Positions 51,415-64,000 of a DNA stretch of 64,000 nucleotides are shown here, piece by piece. This DNA is from Octopus sinensis. Its lineage: Eukaryota. The DNA is taken from the NCBI RefSeq assembly GCF_006345805.1, contig NC_042999.1, forward strand, positions 170,438,001 through 170,502,000. Direction: 5' to 3'. The stretch's first letter is position 1. Every line of letters starts with the position of its first letter. The notes beneath the pieces are model-generated. The model saw only the letters and a program-made list of their open reading frames with translations. It made no database searches and was not told where the DNA came from. The translations under genes and the position numbers were made by a program.

Positions 51415-51468
51415 CTGGGGAACACACACATATATATATATGTATATGTATGTGGTGTGTGGTGTGTA

Positions 51469-51722
51469 GAGGTGCGTGGCTTAATGGTTAGGTGTCAGCA
51501 CCATGATCATAAGATTGTGGTTCGATTCCTGGATGGACGACACGCGTTGTGTTCTTGAGCAAAACACTTCAGTTCACGTTGCTCCAGTCCACTCAGCTGG
51601 CAAAAGTGAGTAACGTTGCGATGGACTGGCGTCCCGTCCAGCTGGGGAACACATACGCCATTGAAACCAGGAAACCGGGCCCATGAGCCTGGCTAGGCTT
51701 TAAAAAGGGCGTATTTATTTAT
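51469..51722 (+). mobile_element. tRNA-headed SINE, family C
   Basis: ggtgcgtggcttaatggtt...ggttcgattcc...gcgatggactggcgtcccgtccag. Confidence 0.8.
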
Positions 51723-51836
51723 TTATATATATATATGCACACACACGTACACATACATATATGTGGGGTGGGGAGAGTGTACGCTTACCTATTACAAATG
51801 TATGTGTACACTACCATATGTATATGTATGTGTGGC

Positions 51837-52040
51837 TGGCAGCATCGTTAGCACGCCGAGGTGAAATGCTTAGCGGCATTTCGTCCGTCTTTACGTTCTG
51901 AGTTCACATTTCGCTGGAGTCGACTTTGTCTTTCCTCCTTTTGGGGGTTGATAAAATTAGTACCAGCTGAGTACTAGGGTCCATTTGATAGATTTACTCT
52001 TTCCCTAAAACTACTGGCCTTGTGTCAAAATTTGAAACCA
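51837..52040 (+). mobile_element. SINE family B, degenerate copy
   Basis: gctggcagcatcgttagcacgccg...gagttcacatttcg. Confidence 0.75.
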
Positions 52041-52145
52041 GTAAGTATATATTGTTTTTATACACCTACATTTCCTTATAGGTACCTATGCATCATCGTT
52101 ATGCGTTCATCTGGATGTACAGAGAACGCAACGCAGTTACAAGTA

Positions 52146-52667
52146 TCGTAAATCCTCAAGTATAGTCCGCCCTTGAGTATAATACGCAAGGGATTTATAG
52201 GGGGATGTACCTCTGAAAAACCTAAACCTCGTGTATATAATACGCACCCCTTCTCTAACTTGAGTCGTGCGTAATTAAGCCAGCAGCACCAAGTCGAACA
52301 AACACTTCTTCGCATGCATAATACAATAATGGTGATGTTCTTAACTGTTATATGGGAATGTAAATATGTTTACAAATTGTTTTTGTTACATGTTATTCTG
52401 TGTTCTGAATACTTTTATTTTAATAAATGTTGCTTACTGCAAGTTATGGAAGATTCTTTTATGACTTCATTGCTTTCAGGCTTAGCTGAAGGTATTTTCA
52501 CGCCCGACATCACAAAATGCGTCTGAATAAACATTGCCGGACAGCAAATAGAGACTCGGACATTGCTTAGAAAATATTTTTCATTTTTAACCCCGTATAT
52601 AGTACGCACTAGGGATTTTGACCTTTAAATTTTGGAAAAAATGCGGATTATACTCGAGGATTTACGG
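52146..52667. mobile_element. pogo/Tigger-type non-autonomous element (MITE)
   Basis: TIRs tcgtaaatcctcaagtatagtccgc versus the reverse complement ccgtaaatcctcgagtataatccgc, with TA on both sides. Confidence 0.8.
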
Positions 52668-53384
52668 TATGTATTTGCCAACACACGCATAATGTAAATG
52701 CCAAGCTAAACTGAATTGTGAGGTATATTTGCCATCTCAATATGGCTAACCACTAAGGGTGGGTGTTACTGTAGCTTGTAGCCCCAGGAGAACATCGTCT
52801 CCAGCTGGCTATTGGCACACTTTCTGTGCCGTATGGGTATTTGCAAAGGGAGGTCATCCTTCTCTCGTCAACCTAAGTGATACGCACGGACTGCAGTTTC
52901 TGGGTATTGACCCGTCATCAGCATACGACAATCACCGGTTTTTGATGAAAGGAGTTCCCAATGCAAATATTAATATCTTTTTTCCAGTAACTTTTCGTCA
53001 CTGATCTTGAAAAACTGTATACAAGCAATAATAAATCTCTGAACGAGGTATAAACAGTAACTGCAGGACAACGTGAGGTATATTTGCCATCTCAATATGG
53101 CTAACCACTAAGGGTGGGAGTTACTGTAGCTTTTGCTTGTATACACTTTTTCAAGGTCATTGTCGTGCAGTTACTGTTTATACCTCGTTCAGAGATTTAT
53201 TAAACTGAATTGTTTTACTTGAAAATCTCCCGACTGAAACAAGTGTATACTAGTTGGAGTCAGTAATTTACTAAAATATATCAATTACTTTATGAAATTT
53301 CGTCGCGTTCTGTCTCTAGTCTGTGCTCTAATATCAACAAGTAATGCTAAAACTATGTTCGCTGGTATGTGTGTGTGTGTGTGT

Positions 53385-53420
<36 letters not shown>

Positions 53421-53460
53421 AACACACGCATTGTCAACAAAGGCTGCATTTTCATAAGCA

Positions 53461-53844
53461 TTCGTTCCTTTATTGCCCACAGGGGGGCTAAACATAGAGG
53501 GGACAAGCAAGGACAGACAAAGCGATTAAGTCGATTATATCGACCCCAGTGCGTAGGCAAAGTCGACCTCGGTGGAATTTGAACTCAGAACATAACGGCA
53601 GCCGAAATACCTATTTCTTTACTACCCACAAGGGGCTAAACACAGAGAGGACAAACAATGACAGACAAATGGAGTAAGTCGATTACATCGACCCCAGTGC
53701 GTAACTGGTACTTAATTTATCGACCCCGAAAGGATGAAAGGCAAAGTCGACCTCGGCGGAATTTGAACTCAGAACGAAACGGCAGAGGAAATACGGCTAC
53801 GCATTTCGCCCGGCGTGCTAACGTTTCTGCCAACTCGCCGCCTT
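53461..53844 (-). mobile_element. SINE family B dimer with 16-bp target-site duplication
   Basis: TGCATTTTCATAAGCA at 53445-53460 and 53845-53860 flanks the insertion. Confidence 0.9.
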
Positions 53845-54564
53845 TGCATTTTCATAAGCACGTTGACTGAAGACTGTCACCGTTATATATCGGGTTATGA
53901 AACCATTGGTAGCAACTTCATAATATGTGCGTTTGTACGAGCGTGTGTATGTGTGTGTATATATGTGCATGTATATGTGTGTAAATGTATATATGTTTAT
54001 GTGTGTGTGTGTGTGTGTGGTGTGTGTGTGTGTGTGTGTGTGCACGTATTTGCATGTTTATGTGTGTGTACGTTTGAATACACTGTTTAATACATTCCTA
54101 CTGGAATGATAAGTATTTTATTAGATACATTTTTATTAGTAGAATTAAAAGCTTTATCGTTTTATTGTCTGTGTAGCGTTTTATTTCCTAGATTCACTGG
54201 TTCAGCAAAGATATTTAATTGACGTACGCTGCGAATACAAAAGAATACAAAAACCTTAATGGTTATTTTTATGTATTTATCAGACAGATAATGCTGTACA
54301 GCAGTGAAACATCGCAATATATCTTACAGAGGAAATTACTATGTATTTTAAATCTGAAAAACGGCGAGGTGCGTAGACCAGAGACCAGCGAGTCTTCAAG
54401 TTGAGCCTTTACTTTTGTGCATTGAGAGGCCACAGCTGTGGTACTACGGATACACCATTTTTTAAATACTTTTTTCAGTTATTAGACAGCGGCCATGCTG
54501 GGGCACCGCCTTGAGGAATTTTAGTCGAATGAATTGAGCTCAGCACTACTCCTGTTTTTATACA

Positions 54565-54955
54565 AACATCATCACTAGGAATATTGGTGGAACATTCTAT
54601 CGAAACATCTGTCAAGTGTAAACATAACAGGTCAGATACTGTTGTTTGAGACGGACAAGACCGTCCGAGAGGTCAGCTGACCTGCTGATGTGAATAGAGG
54701 CTTTGAAAATCAAAATGAAAGAGGATAATTATGGACAACTGGTTGGAAACCTCTAGCCTCTATATCCATATTATAACAGTCACATCTGAACCAATAATAA
54801 TTGGTGCTCTTGGTTTTGGGAGTAAATACCGAAGGGAGATCTGAATAAGCTAGGGTTTTCAGAAAAAGAAATCAACCAGTTAACTCGCACATTACAAAGA
54901 GAATCTTTAATTGGAATAGTAAAAATATGTAAGGCTTTTCTCAAGTTTAAGACGT
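54565..54955 (+). pseudogene. RLE-type non-LTR retrotransposon C-terminal fragment
   Basis: EYWWNI.IETSVKCKHNRSD..EVS*PADVN..YGQL..NL..LYP..EPIIIGALG..SLIGIVKICKAFL*. Confidence 0.7.
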
Positions 54956-55076
54956 GACACTGTTTTTGTTATTCAATGATGGAGCTTTGAATTTTTTGTT
55001 AGAAACCAACTCCTTCCTAAGAGGAAGAATTCAAATAATTAAAAACAGAAGAGAACACACACGCACACACACACAC

Positions 55077-55163
<87 letters not shown>

Positions 55164-55344
55164 ACATGCTATTGGTTTCTTTCTTCCATCCCTCACCCCT
55201 CTCTCTTTCACCTAATATTTCCATTAGCCGGATAATATTCTGCTGGCATTCTCTTCGTATTTAGTTGTTTCTCATTCCTTTCAGTCCCTTCTTTTCCTTG
55301 CCCCACGTCCTTCGCTTTTCGTGGTGCGAAAAAGATTCTGGAGT

Positions 55345-55590
55345 CTGCGTCAGGATCCCCCAAAACAACAGCCAAAGATGAATATCCATGCCAAAAGCTA
55401 TGCTCTGTGTTTGGTGGGATCATAAAAGCATTATTTATTATGAGCTTCTCCCACAAAACCAGACTATTCATTCTGATGTGTACTGTCATCAGCTGGCTAA
55501 TTTGAGCCAAAAAATCAAAGAATTGAGGCCGGAGATTGCCAACAGGAAACGGGTGGTGTTCCAACAAGACAATGCCCAACCACATGTGAA
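55345..55590 (+). pseudogene. mariner transposase internal fragment
   Basis: PKAMLCVWWDHKSIIYYELLPQNQTIHSDVYCHQL..RPEIANRKRVVFQQDNAQPHV. Confidence 0.9.
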
Positions 55591-56369
55591 AAAAAAAGAA
55601 GATCAGTTTCTCCCTAATTATTCCTCCCGTGTCCTATGACATGGCAGATATGTTGGTATATGGAGTCGAAATATAAAGGTACACTTTTTTTTGCTTCTTT
55701 GCATTTTCTTTCTAGATAGGACCTATTGTACTCCACTTCAGGCTTTCAAAGTTCCATCTTTGAACTTTTCTTCTTAAACATCTCAAATGTAAGATCACTT
55801 CCCTGAAGACGGACGCTCGTCTCATCCTATGATTTTTACGGATCACAGAGCCCCCAGAAACAGCTGTTGGATTTGTAATACTTTTCCTCCAACCCTTTCG
55901 GTTTAAATATCATTTGCACTCTGTGTATTTCGCGTATTTAATATGTTGACAGAGGGGAAACTGTGTGGAAGCCTAACATACACACACACACACTCACGCA
56001 CACACACACCCACCCACACACTGGGTCATCCCATAAATAATGCAGTTTTTCGATTACAAGAACTAAAAGTCGGAGGGGGACGAGATAAACTACCTGCATC
56101 AACTTGCTATAAAAGCAGGTAGTAATTTTACCTTGTCTTATTCTTATTTCTTTAATGCCCACAAGGGGCTAAACATAGAGGGGAAAAGATGAAAGGCAAA
56201 GTCGACCTCGGCGGAATTTGAACTCAGAACGTAACGTCAGATGAAATACCGCTCAGCATTTCACCCAGGGTGCTAACGTTTCTGCCAGCCTTATAATGCC
56301 TTGCCTTATTCTTAGTGCAAGTTTTCAAGAGTGCATTTCGATTTCAACAGTTATTTTTTCAAAGCTATA

Positions 56370-57279
56370 ATGGAAGTGACAAAGGAGCACATTCGGCATA
56401 TTTTGCTTTATGAGTTCAATAACGGCAACAACGCAACAGAAAGTGCGACGAATATTAATGCAGTCTTTGGGAATTGGACGATAAGCGTAAGCCAGTGTTG
56501 ACGGTGGTTCCAGTAATTCTGAGCCGGAAACTACAGCCCAGACAACGAGCTTCGTCCTGGAAGATATTTGTAGAGCAAACCCTGGTGGAACTGCTGAGGA
56601 ACTAGCAGAGAAGCTTGGATTTAGTCAATCAACCATTTATCGACACCTGCGTGCCATTGGAAACTCAGAAAATTGGATTAATGGGTTCCTCACAAACTTT
56701 CCGAGTCTAATCCCATGCACAGAGTGAATGTGTGCTCTTCTTTGCTGTCACATCACACGAATGAACCGTTTTTGGACCAAATAGTGACTGGTGATGAGAA
56801 ATGGGTTCTCTACAAAAGTGTCAAGTCCGAAGACAGTGGGTAGGGAAAAGAGAAACACTGGTACCCCAGGCTAAAGAAGTTCTTCACCCATGTAAGGTGT
56901 TGTTATCTGTTTGGTGGGATATGAAAGGCTTAGTCCCCTTTGAAGCTTTAAACTGAAACCAAATGATAACAAAGGAGATCTGCTGGGAGCAGCTTGGGTG
57001 GCTTAAGGTAGCAGTAGAAAAAAAATGACCACTTTTGGTTTCAAGAGGAAAGGTGTTCTTCCATCAGGATAATGCTTGGCCCTGTCTGATTATCATTTAT
57101 TCTGCAGCCTTCAAAATCATTTGGACAGAAAATATATGAATTCTGTAGACGAGGTCAGAACAGTACCGGAGGAGTATTTTCCATCACGGACAAGTGAATT
57201 TTAGAAGAGGGGCCTTGCAAGTCTACCAGATAAATGGGAGAGCATTGTAGAAAGTGAAGGAGGGTATATTTTAGATTAA
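56370..57279 (+). pseudogene. Decayed mariner transposase (Hsmar1/cecropia-like)
   Basis: MEVTKEHIRHILLYEFNNG, WVPHKL, IVTGDEKWVLY, KVLLSVWWDMKG, FHQDNA, C-terminal GGYILD*. Many frameshifts and a deletion over the YSPDL region. Confidence 0.88.
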
Positions 57280-57291
57280 AAAAGAACTTTA

Positions 57292-57354
<63 letters not shown>

Positions 57355-57794
57355 GTGTGTGTGTGTACATATGGGGGATATAATGGATGGGAGGAACAAT
57401 GTTTGGTATTATATAGTAAGATGTTTTCTCCAAGGAACATGATCTGTTTCTCCCTAATTATTCCTCTCATGTCCTATTATCGTCAGATAATAGGACAGAT
57501 AATAGACAGATAATGTCGGTATATGCATTCTCTTTATGGATAGGACCTATTATGCTCCATTTCAGGTTTGCAGATGTTTTACTATTTTCCAAAAATTCTT
57601 GGAAAAGTAACTAGTATGGCTCGGGTAGAGCTTCCTGTACGTAGTTTTAGAGAATGGTCGGTCGACCAATAGAGCCTACTACTGAATACATACTCATTTT
57701 ATCTGTAGTTACTATAACGGTTCCTTCTGTCTATGAAATTGATGTGCTTCCATCTGTGGTCATCTTGACATTTTGCATAATTTATCTTTTAACT

Positions 57795-58200
57795 TTTATT
57801 TGCTTCAGTGAACTGCGGCCATGCCGGAGCACCACCTCAAAAGATTTTAGTCGAACAAGTCGACTCCATTATTCTTGCTTCTTGTTTTAGTCTGGTACTT
57901 ATACCATTGGTACTCTTTTTGCCGAACCGCTAAGTCAGGGGGACATTTACAAACCAACATTGATTGTCAAACGGTGGAGAGGGGATGACAAGCACAAAGA
58001 CATACAAAGATAGACACACACACATATGTATACACACGACGGGCTTCCGCACAATTTCTGTCTACCAAATTCACTCATAGGGAATTAGACGGTCCGCACC
58101 TATAGTAAAAGACACTTGCCCAAGATACTGCGCAGTGGAACTGAACCCGAAGCCACCCAGGCTGCAAAGTGAGCTTCTTAATCACATAGCCATTTCTCGC
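57795..58200 (-). mobile_element. SINE family A, degenerate copy
   Basis: ctgcggccatgccggagcacc...gccgaaccgctaag...cacttgcccaag...gcagtggaactgaaccc. Confidence 0.8.
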
Positions 58201-58237
58201 CTATATCTAAGATTACAATATATATATATATATATTA

Positions 58238-58442
58238 GTGCATATGATATTTTTGTTGTCTTCTAGTCAAGTAGGCAGTGCCTATGAGACATACGGGGTT
58301 TCCGAGGCTAGTGGAAGAGAAGAGGAAGGTAGCTCCAAACCGGAGACCTGGCTTGAAAGCTTACTGTAGAGTAAACTCTGCAAAAAGGTTTGCTAAAGAC
58401 ACTCAATTACTCGGTGTTTCTGTTAAACAACTCAAATAAAAC
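58238..58442 (+). repeat. Near-identical direct duplicate of 59851-60055
   Basis: About 205 bp with one visible substitution (gagaagagg versus gagaggagg). Confidence 0.93.
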
Positions 58443-59471
58443 ATGGCGGAAAAAATCGCCGACTTTTCGTCGCAAGTGTTGTTATCAGAACGCAAAGAGT
58501 CGGAACAAACACCGCAAGGCATTTTTTCGGACATTTTTAAAGTCCACCAATCCATCACCTTAGATACCTTTTTATCGATCCACCGAAAGGATGAAAGGCA
58601 AAGGTGGCCTTAGCATGATTTGAATTCGGAGCACAGGGACTCGGAAAACCACCACACAGCATTTCAACCGATGTCCCAACAACCACCCAGCCATTTCACC
58701 GCCGTTAAGGCAGTAGTGTGCGACTTGAGAAAGATTTGGTTTCTATTTCTAGCAGGGTCAAGCGATCATGTAGAAGTTCTTTCTGCTTGGCTGGAGTGGG
58801 GGTGGTACGTATATCGTTCTGAGAAAATGTGAATTAGAGACTCACTAGAATATAAAACACGAAAGGTCAAAGAAGTTGATATATGATCAGTTGATATATG
58901 AATAATCACATTTGCTTTGGCAAAAAGCAGCATTATCTAACATCCGTCTCGTTGCAAATAAAAGAAAAACACAACTAAGACAAAAGCACAATGAAAACAA
59001 ACAATGAGAAATTAACATACTTTGATAAATATAAGCGAACACAGTAGCGTAGACGCATTGTTAAACGTATGCAGAAAAGAATCGAGACGAATCGAAGAAT
59101 GTGCTTCTATACTAAGGGAGGGTGAAGAACGCTGGTTTAAAGTTTTTAGATAGAAAACAGTAACGTAAGAGATGTTACATGCCTATGAGTCACTAAAAAT
59201 ACAAATTCGATATTTTCTCTCAGCACAAACGCATTTCGGCACGTCCCTGTGCATTTTATTCTCACCCCTCTTGTATAATGTCGACTAAAACAAACGGCTG
59301 TGAAATTTCTCTCAAATTACACTCTGTAGATTAGATTATGTAGTTCGAGATAATCAAGCTTGAATATGAGACGGGATGGTCACGGATGGTATACCTCTTA
59401 TCATAGGTTCATTCAATCAAGGCTTATCTAGGTGTAAACTAAGGGCAACAGCCGAGTAAGATTGGAATATA

Positions 59472-60600
59472 CAGAGTGGGCCGTAATGTTGGGACACATT
59501 TTAATTGCTAGTATCTTGGGTTATAAAAATGACATAGAGTACCAAATACAGTTATGTAATAAATAACTAATATACAGCAATTCAACATATCTAAGATTTT
59601 ACAATTTTTACAGGTAGTTGGTGCTGGTGACCCTCATAATGTTGTGGACTCCAAACGAAATTGCATACGTTGGTGAAGCATATTTCACCAGCCAAAGATC
59701 CATCGTTGCTGCCCAAAGAAAATCTCGACAGTGTTTTGGAAAGCGATAGGTATCATCCTGAAAGATGGTCCTGCGTGCGGTCACAAACTTTCGTGAGACA
59801 AACGATACGGAGAAGAATAAAAACCCCAGGTCGATCTCGAACGTCTCGTGGTGCATATGATATTTTTGTTGTCTTCTAGTCAAGTAGGCAGTGCCTATGA
59901 GACATACGGGGTTTCCGAGGCTAGTGGAAGAGAGGAGGAAGGTAGCTCCAAACCGGAGACCTGGCTTGAAAGCTTACTGTAGAGTAAACTCTGCAAAAAG
60001 GTTTGCTAAAGACACTCAATTACTCGGTGTTTCTGTTAAACAACTCAAATAAAACGCTTTTGAAGAAAGTCCCTCGAATTCCACGCATCGATTCGCTTAA
60101 CAGTTGAATATTTCGCGAACCAGTGTCTGAAAGATTTGAAAACATGACATACACTTGTATCCATGTAAGGTACAGCTAGTGCAGCAATTGCCTCCGCCAG
60201 ATAAGATGCAAAGAAAGACTTTTAGTGATTGGTTCGCCAATATGTGCTGGGAGGAAGAGGATTTCATCAGATGAAGTTCCTTTTAACCTTTTTGATTATG
60301 TTAATAAATGAAATTGTAGGTTTTGGGGGTTGTGAAAGTCCTCAAATCGTGCATGAAAGGACTTTGCACAGTGAGGGGGTTACAGTGTGGTGTGCAGTGA
60401 CTTATGCATGTGTGGCTGGTGCTTACTTTTTTAAGGACGAACACGGTGCAGCTGTAAAAGTAACTGCTGAGCGCTACAGCCATATGCTGAAGACCTTTCC
60501 CGAGTTACAGAAGCTTGCCCTGACACAGATGTGGATGCAACAAGATGGTGATTGTCAAGGACAACTCTTCGAGAATAATTCCCCAGACATCTCATTTCGC
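59472..60600 (+). mobile_element. Decayed Tc1/mariner-superfamily element (maT/rosa-like), 3'-truncated, with an internal insertion
   Basis: TA|CAGAGTG start; MLWTPNEIAYVGEAYF..SIVAAQRK; GRSRTSR; AFEESP; YP.KVQLVQQL; LHSEGVTVWCA; AYFF; RYSHML; WMQQDG. No right TIR found. Confidence 0.8.
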
Positions 60601-61802
60601 CGATAGTTGTTGTTGACATACAACAGCAGTAATTTTATTCAGCTGAATACACGTCATTGAGTGGTTGAAATTGCCGAAATACGAGAAATGTAACGTCAAA
60701 TAACTTCGTAAATATAAATTTTTCTCAAAAACGCTAAGAGTAAAAGATGTTTTATATGACACATTCTACCAGTATCCGAAGTTTGAAAGTGTTTCATTAC
60801 AAAAAATTATTTTAAAAATCTGTAGGTCAAAAGGTAAAGATCCCAGTTCTAACCATACCGCAAAGGATTCTGTTTATCAACAACTAAGAATATCACTTTT
60901 TGATTTGTTTGCAATGGTTATGATGTAATATGTGCAAGTCAGAGGATAAGGTTGCATGTAGCAAGTTGAAAAAAGGGCTTGTGTTTGAAGAAAGGCCGCG
61001 TGCTGCATAAATATTTCTGGATGCATTGAAAGAAATTGACGCAAGAAATAGTTCATAGTTATCCTTGATTTTATTCAACCGTTGCGAAGTTTTTCACAAA
61101 ATACAAATGTTAGTTTTAATAGAGAGAATATCTTGTAGAAGTCTATCATCAAGTTGTATGAAAGGAGAAAAGCAATGATATAAAGCTCGTGCGAGATTTG
61201 CAACTAATAGTAAGTTAGCTGTCTGTAAATAGCAGAGGAAAGAAGTCAGGCGCTGGGGAGAAAGGAAGGAAATTTGACTATAAAAGTTGCCAAAGAAAGA
61301 ATATTTTGCTGTTTGTGTCTCAAATTCATACTTGTGCCAAAGTCGAACTAATCAATAACAATGGAATTGTATGAGCTGTCTCAATCGAATTCTTTCTCAC
61401 TTAAGATGGTGACGATTTCGAATGATGACACTAACAAATTCTGAGTGCAAATTCAGAGAACAATGGACAGACGCATGAAAACCGAGGTTTCGATTCTTGG
61501 TTATGCGTTCAGCGTGTATCTGCTGCATGCTTTTTTTTTTTTTCTGTTTTGTCCTCAATTGAGATCTTTTGTTCTCAATTGACCGGGTGAAGTACTTTAT
61601 TAATTTGAAGGACAGTGGATTGGCATAATTGTGAGGGCGTCTCCCCTACCGTATTCACTTATACCTACATACGTTCTATGATCAAATCACGTCACGTTCA
61701 GTTTTGTTTTTCATTCTTCAAGAACCTATAAAATAAGCAACCGTCAATTAATAAATATGATTGATATAATCGATGTTATGTACCTATATTAGATATCAAG
61801 GC

Positions 61803-62230
61803 TGAATCGTTAGCACGCCGGACAAAATGCTTAGCAGTATTTCGTCTGCCGCTACGTTCTGAGTTCAAATTCCGCCGAGGTCGACTTTCATCCTTTCGGG
61901 GTTGATTAAATAAGTACCAGTTACGCATTGGGGTCGATATAATCGACTTAATCCGTTCGTCTGTCCTTGTTTGTCCTCTCTGTGTTTAGCACCTTGTGGG
62001 TAGTAAAGAAATAGGTATTTCGTCTGCCGCTACGTTGTGAGTTCAAATTCCGCCGAAGTCGACTTTGCCTTTCATCCTTTCGGGGTCGATTAAATAAGTA
62101 CCAGTTACACACTGGGGTCAATATAATCGACTTAATCCGTTTGTCTGCCTTTCATTCTTTCTGAGCCGATAAAATATGTACCACTTGAACCCTGGGGTCG
62201 ATCTCTTACCAGAAATTGCTGGCCTAGTAC
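61803..62230 (+). mobile_element. SINE family B tandem multimer
   Basis: gttagcacgccggacaaaatgcttagc...gagttcaaattccgccgaggtcgac, repeated. Confidence 0.85.
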
Positions 62231-63138
62231 TAAAATTTGAAACTAATATCATTGTTTCTTCAAGCTTTAGCTCAAGTCTCTATATTTTTTATTACTGGTC
62301 CTTTATAACCAACGAGGGACCTTTATACAGTCTCTTGAATGGCTAGAAATATCAGCCAAGCTTCTTTATATCATACTCTACGTTTTTCCATTAAAATGAA
62401 TAAGAAATATTAGATAATATAGTATTATGTACTTCCAAGTCGTGATAGTCATGGATGGACAGCCTTCTTGATGTGAGTGGACCTGGAGATAAACAACAAT
62501 ACTGTTATGCCTTCTACGCATAACAATCAAGTCCCGCTCAAATCTCATTGTTTCATTTTGAAAAAAATGGCCAAGAAATAGATGTAGGATAATGTGCGTC
62601 TGGATAATCTATGCTTCAGAAAAAGAAGATAGAATAATCACGGATATCGTCTCTTTTTGATCAGAGCTCTGTCCTATTAGATCTGACCTGTTTGGGCTGC
62701 AATAACAAGAACGCTAACACAGTCCTGTGTTTGAGCCTGGCATCAGATAACTATGATCAATTAATGTGCAGTTATAATATGGACTAGAGTTTAAATTACA
62801 ATATATTAAGGAAGGAAACATTAACAAAACGTCCCCAGCATAGAGGGGAAAGGCTTGACAAATACGGCAGAAGGTGCTTGAAACGCTGTCATTTACATGA
62901 CAGATACAACAATGAAAAGAATTTTATATATACATACGGACACAGAAATACCTATAAATCTCTGTGTTAATTTCACAGAAAAAAATTCTTCATGGGAGGT
63001 AAATTGCCCGGAAATCCGGTAATTGTTTACTTCGACATTTGCAAGTTTATTTCTCTGTCGTCTGTATCTAATAAATAAATTCAAATCAAATCAAAGTTAG
63101 TGCTGGCATCTCACTGATGAATTGTTGTTGTTATTGTT

Positions 63139-63140
<2 letters not shown>

Positions 63141-63181
<41 letters not shown>

Positions 63182-63312
63182 TAATAATAATAATAATAAT
63201 AATAATGATAATAATAATAATAATAATGATGATGATGATGATAATAATAATAATAATAATAAAGATAATAATAATAATAATAATGATGATGATAATAATG
63301 ATGATGATGATG

Positions 63313-63373
<61 letters not shown>
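63141..63373. repeat. (AAT)n/(GAT)n microsatellite
   Basis: Directly visible. Confidence 0.97.
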
Positions 63374-63374
<1 letters not shown>

Positions 63375-64000
63375 TGAATTTGTTAATTTGTATAGATCCC
63401 ATGATTTATGATACGTACCTCCTGTGTAGAAGATACAAGCCATTGTTTTCTCTGTGCTTATTTTCTTTTTAATAAAATTGTTGCTCTCTCAAACTCCTCA
63501 GCTTGTTAGCTCTTGAAATGCTACGCTAAATTATTGGTACTTAGGTCAGAATACATCGTAACATTTTATTTTATTATTTCAACTTGGTTGTATTTTGAGA
63601 GATTGTCTAAGTATCTACCCCACAAGGCATTTATTCCAGGTGGTATAATAATAACCTTGGCCTACTCATTAAAACTTTTAAGTCATTGACTAAGTTTCAT
63701 TTGAAACATTTTGGCGGCACTTTAGCGTGGAAGGTTTATATTGACCAATCGAGATATTCGGACATTCAGTCCGAGCTTTACTTATTGTTCCTTACATAGT
63801 GTTCCGCTTTACTTGCGCTCACGAAATTTATTTAATTTAAATCTCTCCACATGCACGTGCAAGTATATTTGCTAATGCGTTTACACTCATAGTTTCAGTT
63901 CACGAAAAAAGAGGCTTTCACGCATAATTATACATTTATATACACGCAGATAAATACAATGACAAACAAATCCGTACAAATATGATGACCAAGACAAGTA

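Noticed and set aside
60915-60995. CNMCK...CSK resembling a piggyBac Cys-rich tail
   Set aside because: Too short, the Cys pattern is incomplete, and no TTAA-flanked termini or DDD domain are visible.
62955-63020. Possible plus-strand exon (tttcacag|...|gtaaat or gtaatt)
   Set aside because: Very short, no recognisable peptide, and no supporting neighbouring exons.

Overview
AT-rich, microsatellite-saturated eukaryotic DNA with one 100-N scaffold gap (46916-47015). The SINE families and composition resemble octopus genomes; that assignment is from recall and was not verified. I cannot support any host protein-coding gene, tRNA, rRNA or CRISPR array, so the window looks intronic or intergenic. 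Most long ORFs in the track are microsatellite read-through. Recognisable content is transposon-derived: two copies of an L1/Tx1-type LINE, a near-complete Penelope-like element (RT plus GIY-YIG), three restriction-like-endonuclease (RLE) LINE fragments (Hero-like and R4/Dong-like), several Tc1/mariner/pogo elements and MITEs, a Helitron-like element, and three tRNA-headed SINE families. Highlights: (1) 33047-36804 is a stack of three head-to-tail retro-insertions, each bounded by the same (G)CAAGCTACTT motif inside the tRNA-like head of a SINE. It includes a complete ORF1-only (HAL1-like, CCHC zinc knuckle) element, suggesting a SINE-targeting, site-specific non-autonomous retrotransposon. 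(2) Three minimal hammerhead-ribozyme motifs with a compensatory U3-A8 core lie in Penelope-type terminal repeats. (3) The Tx1-type LINE abuts (AGAT)n at two independent junctions. (4) A junction at 33197-33345 is built from short snippets copied exactly from 3 kb and 5 kb away.
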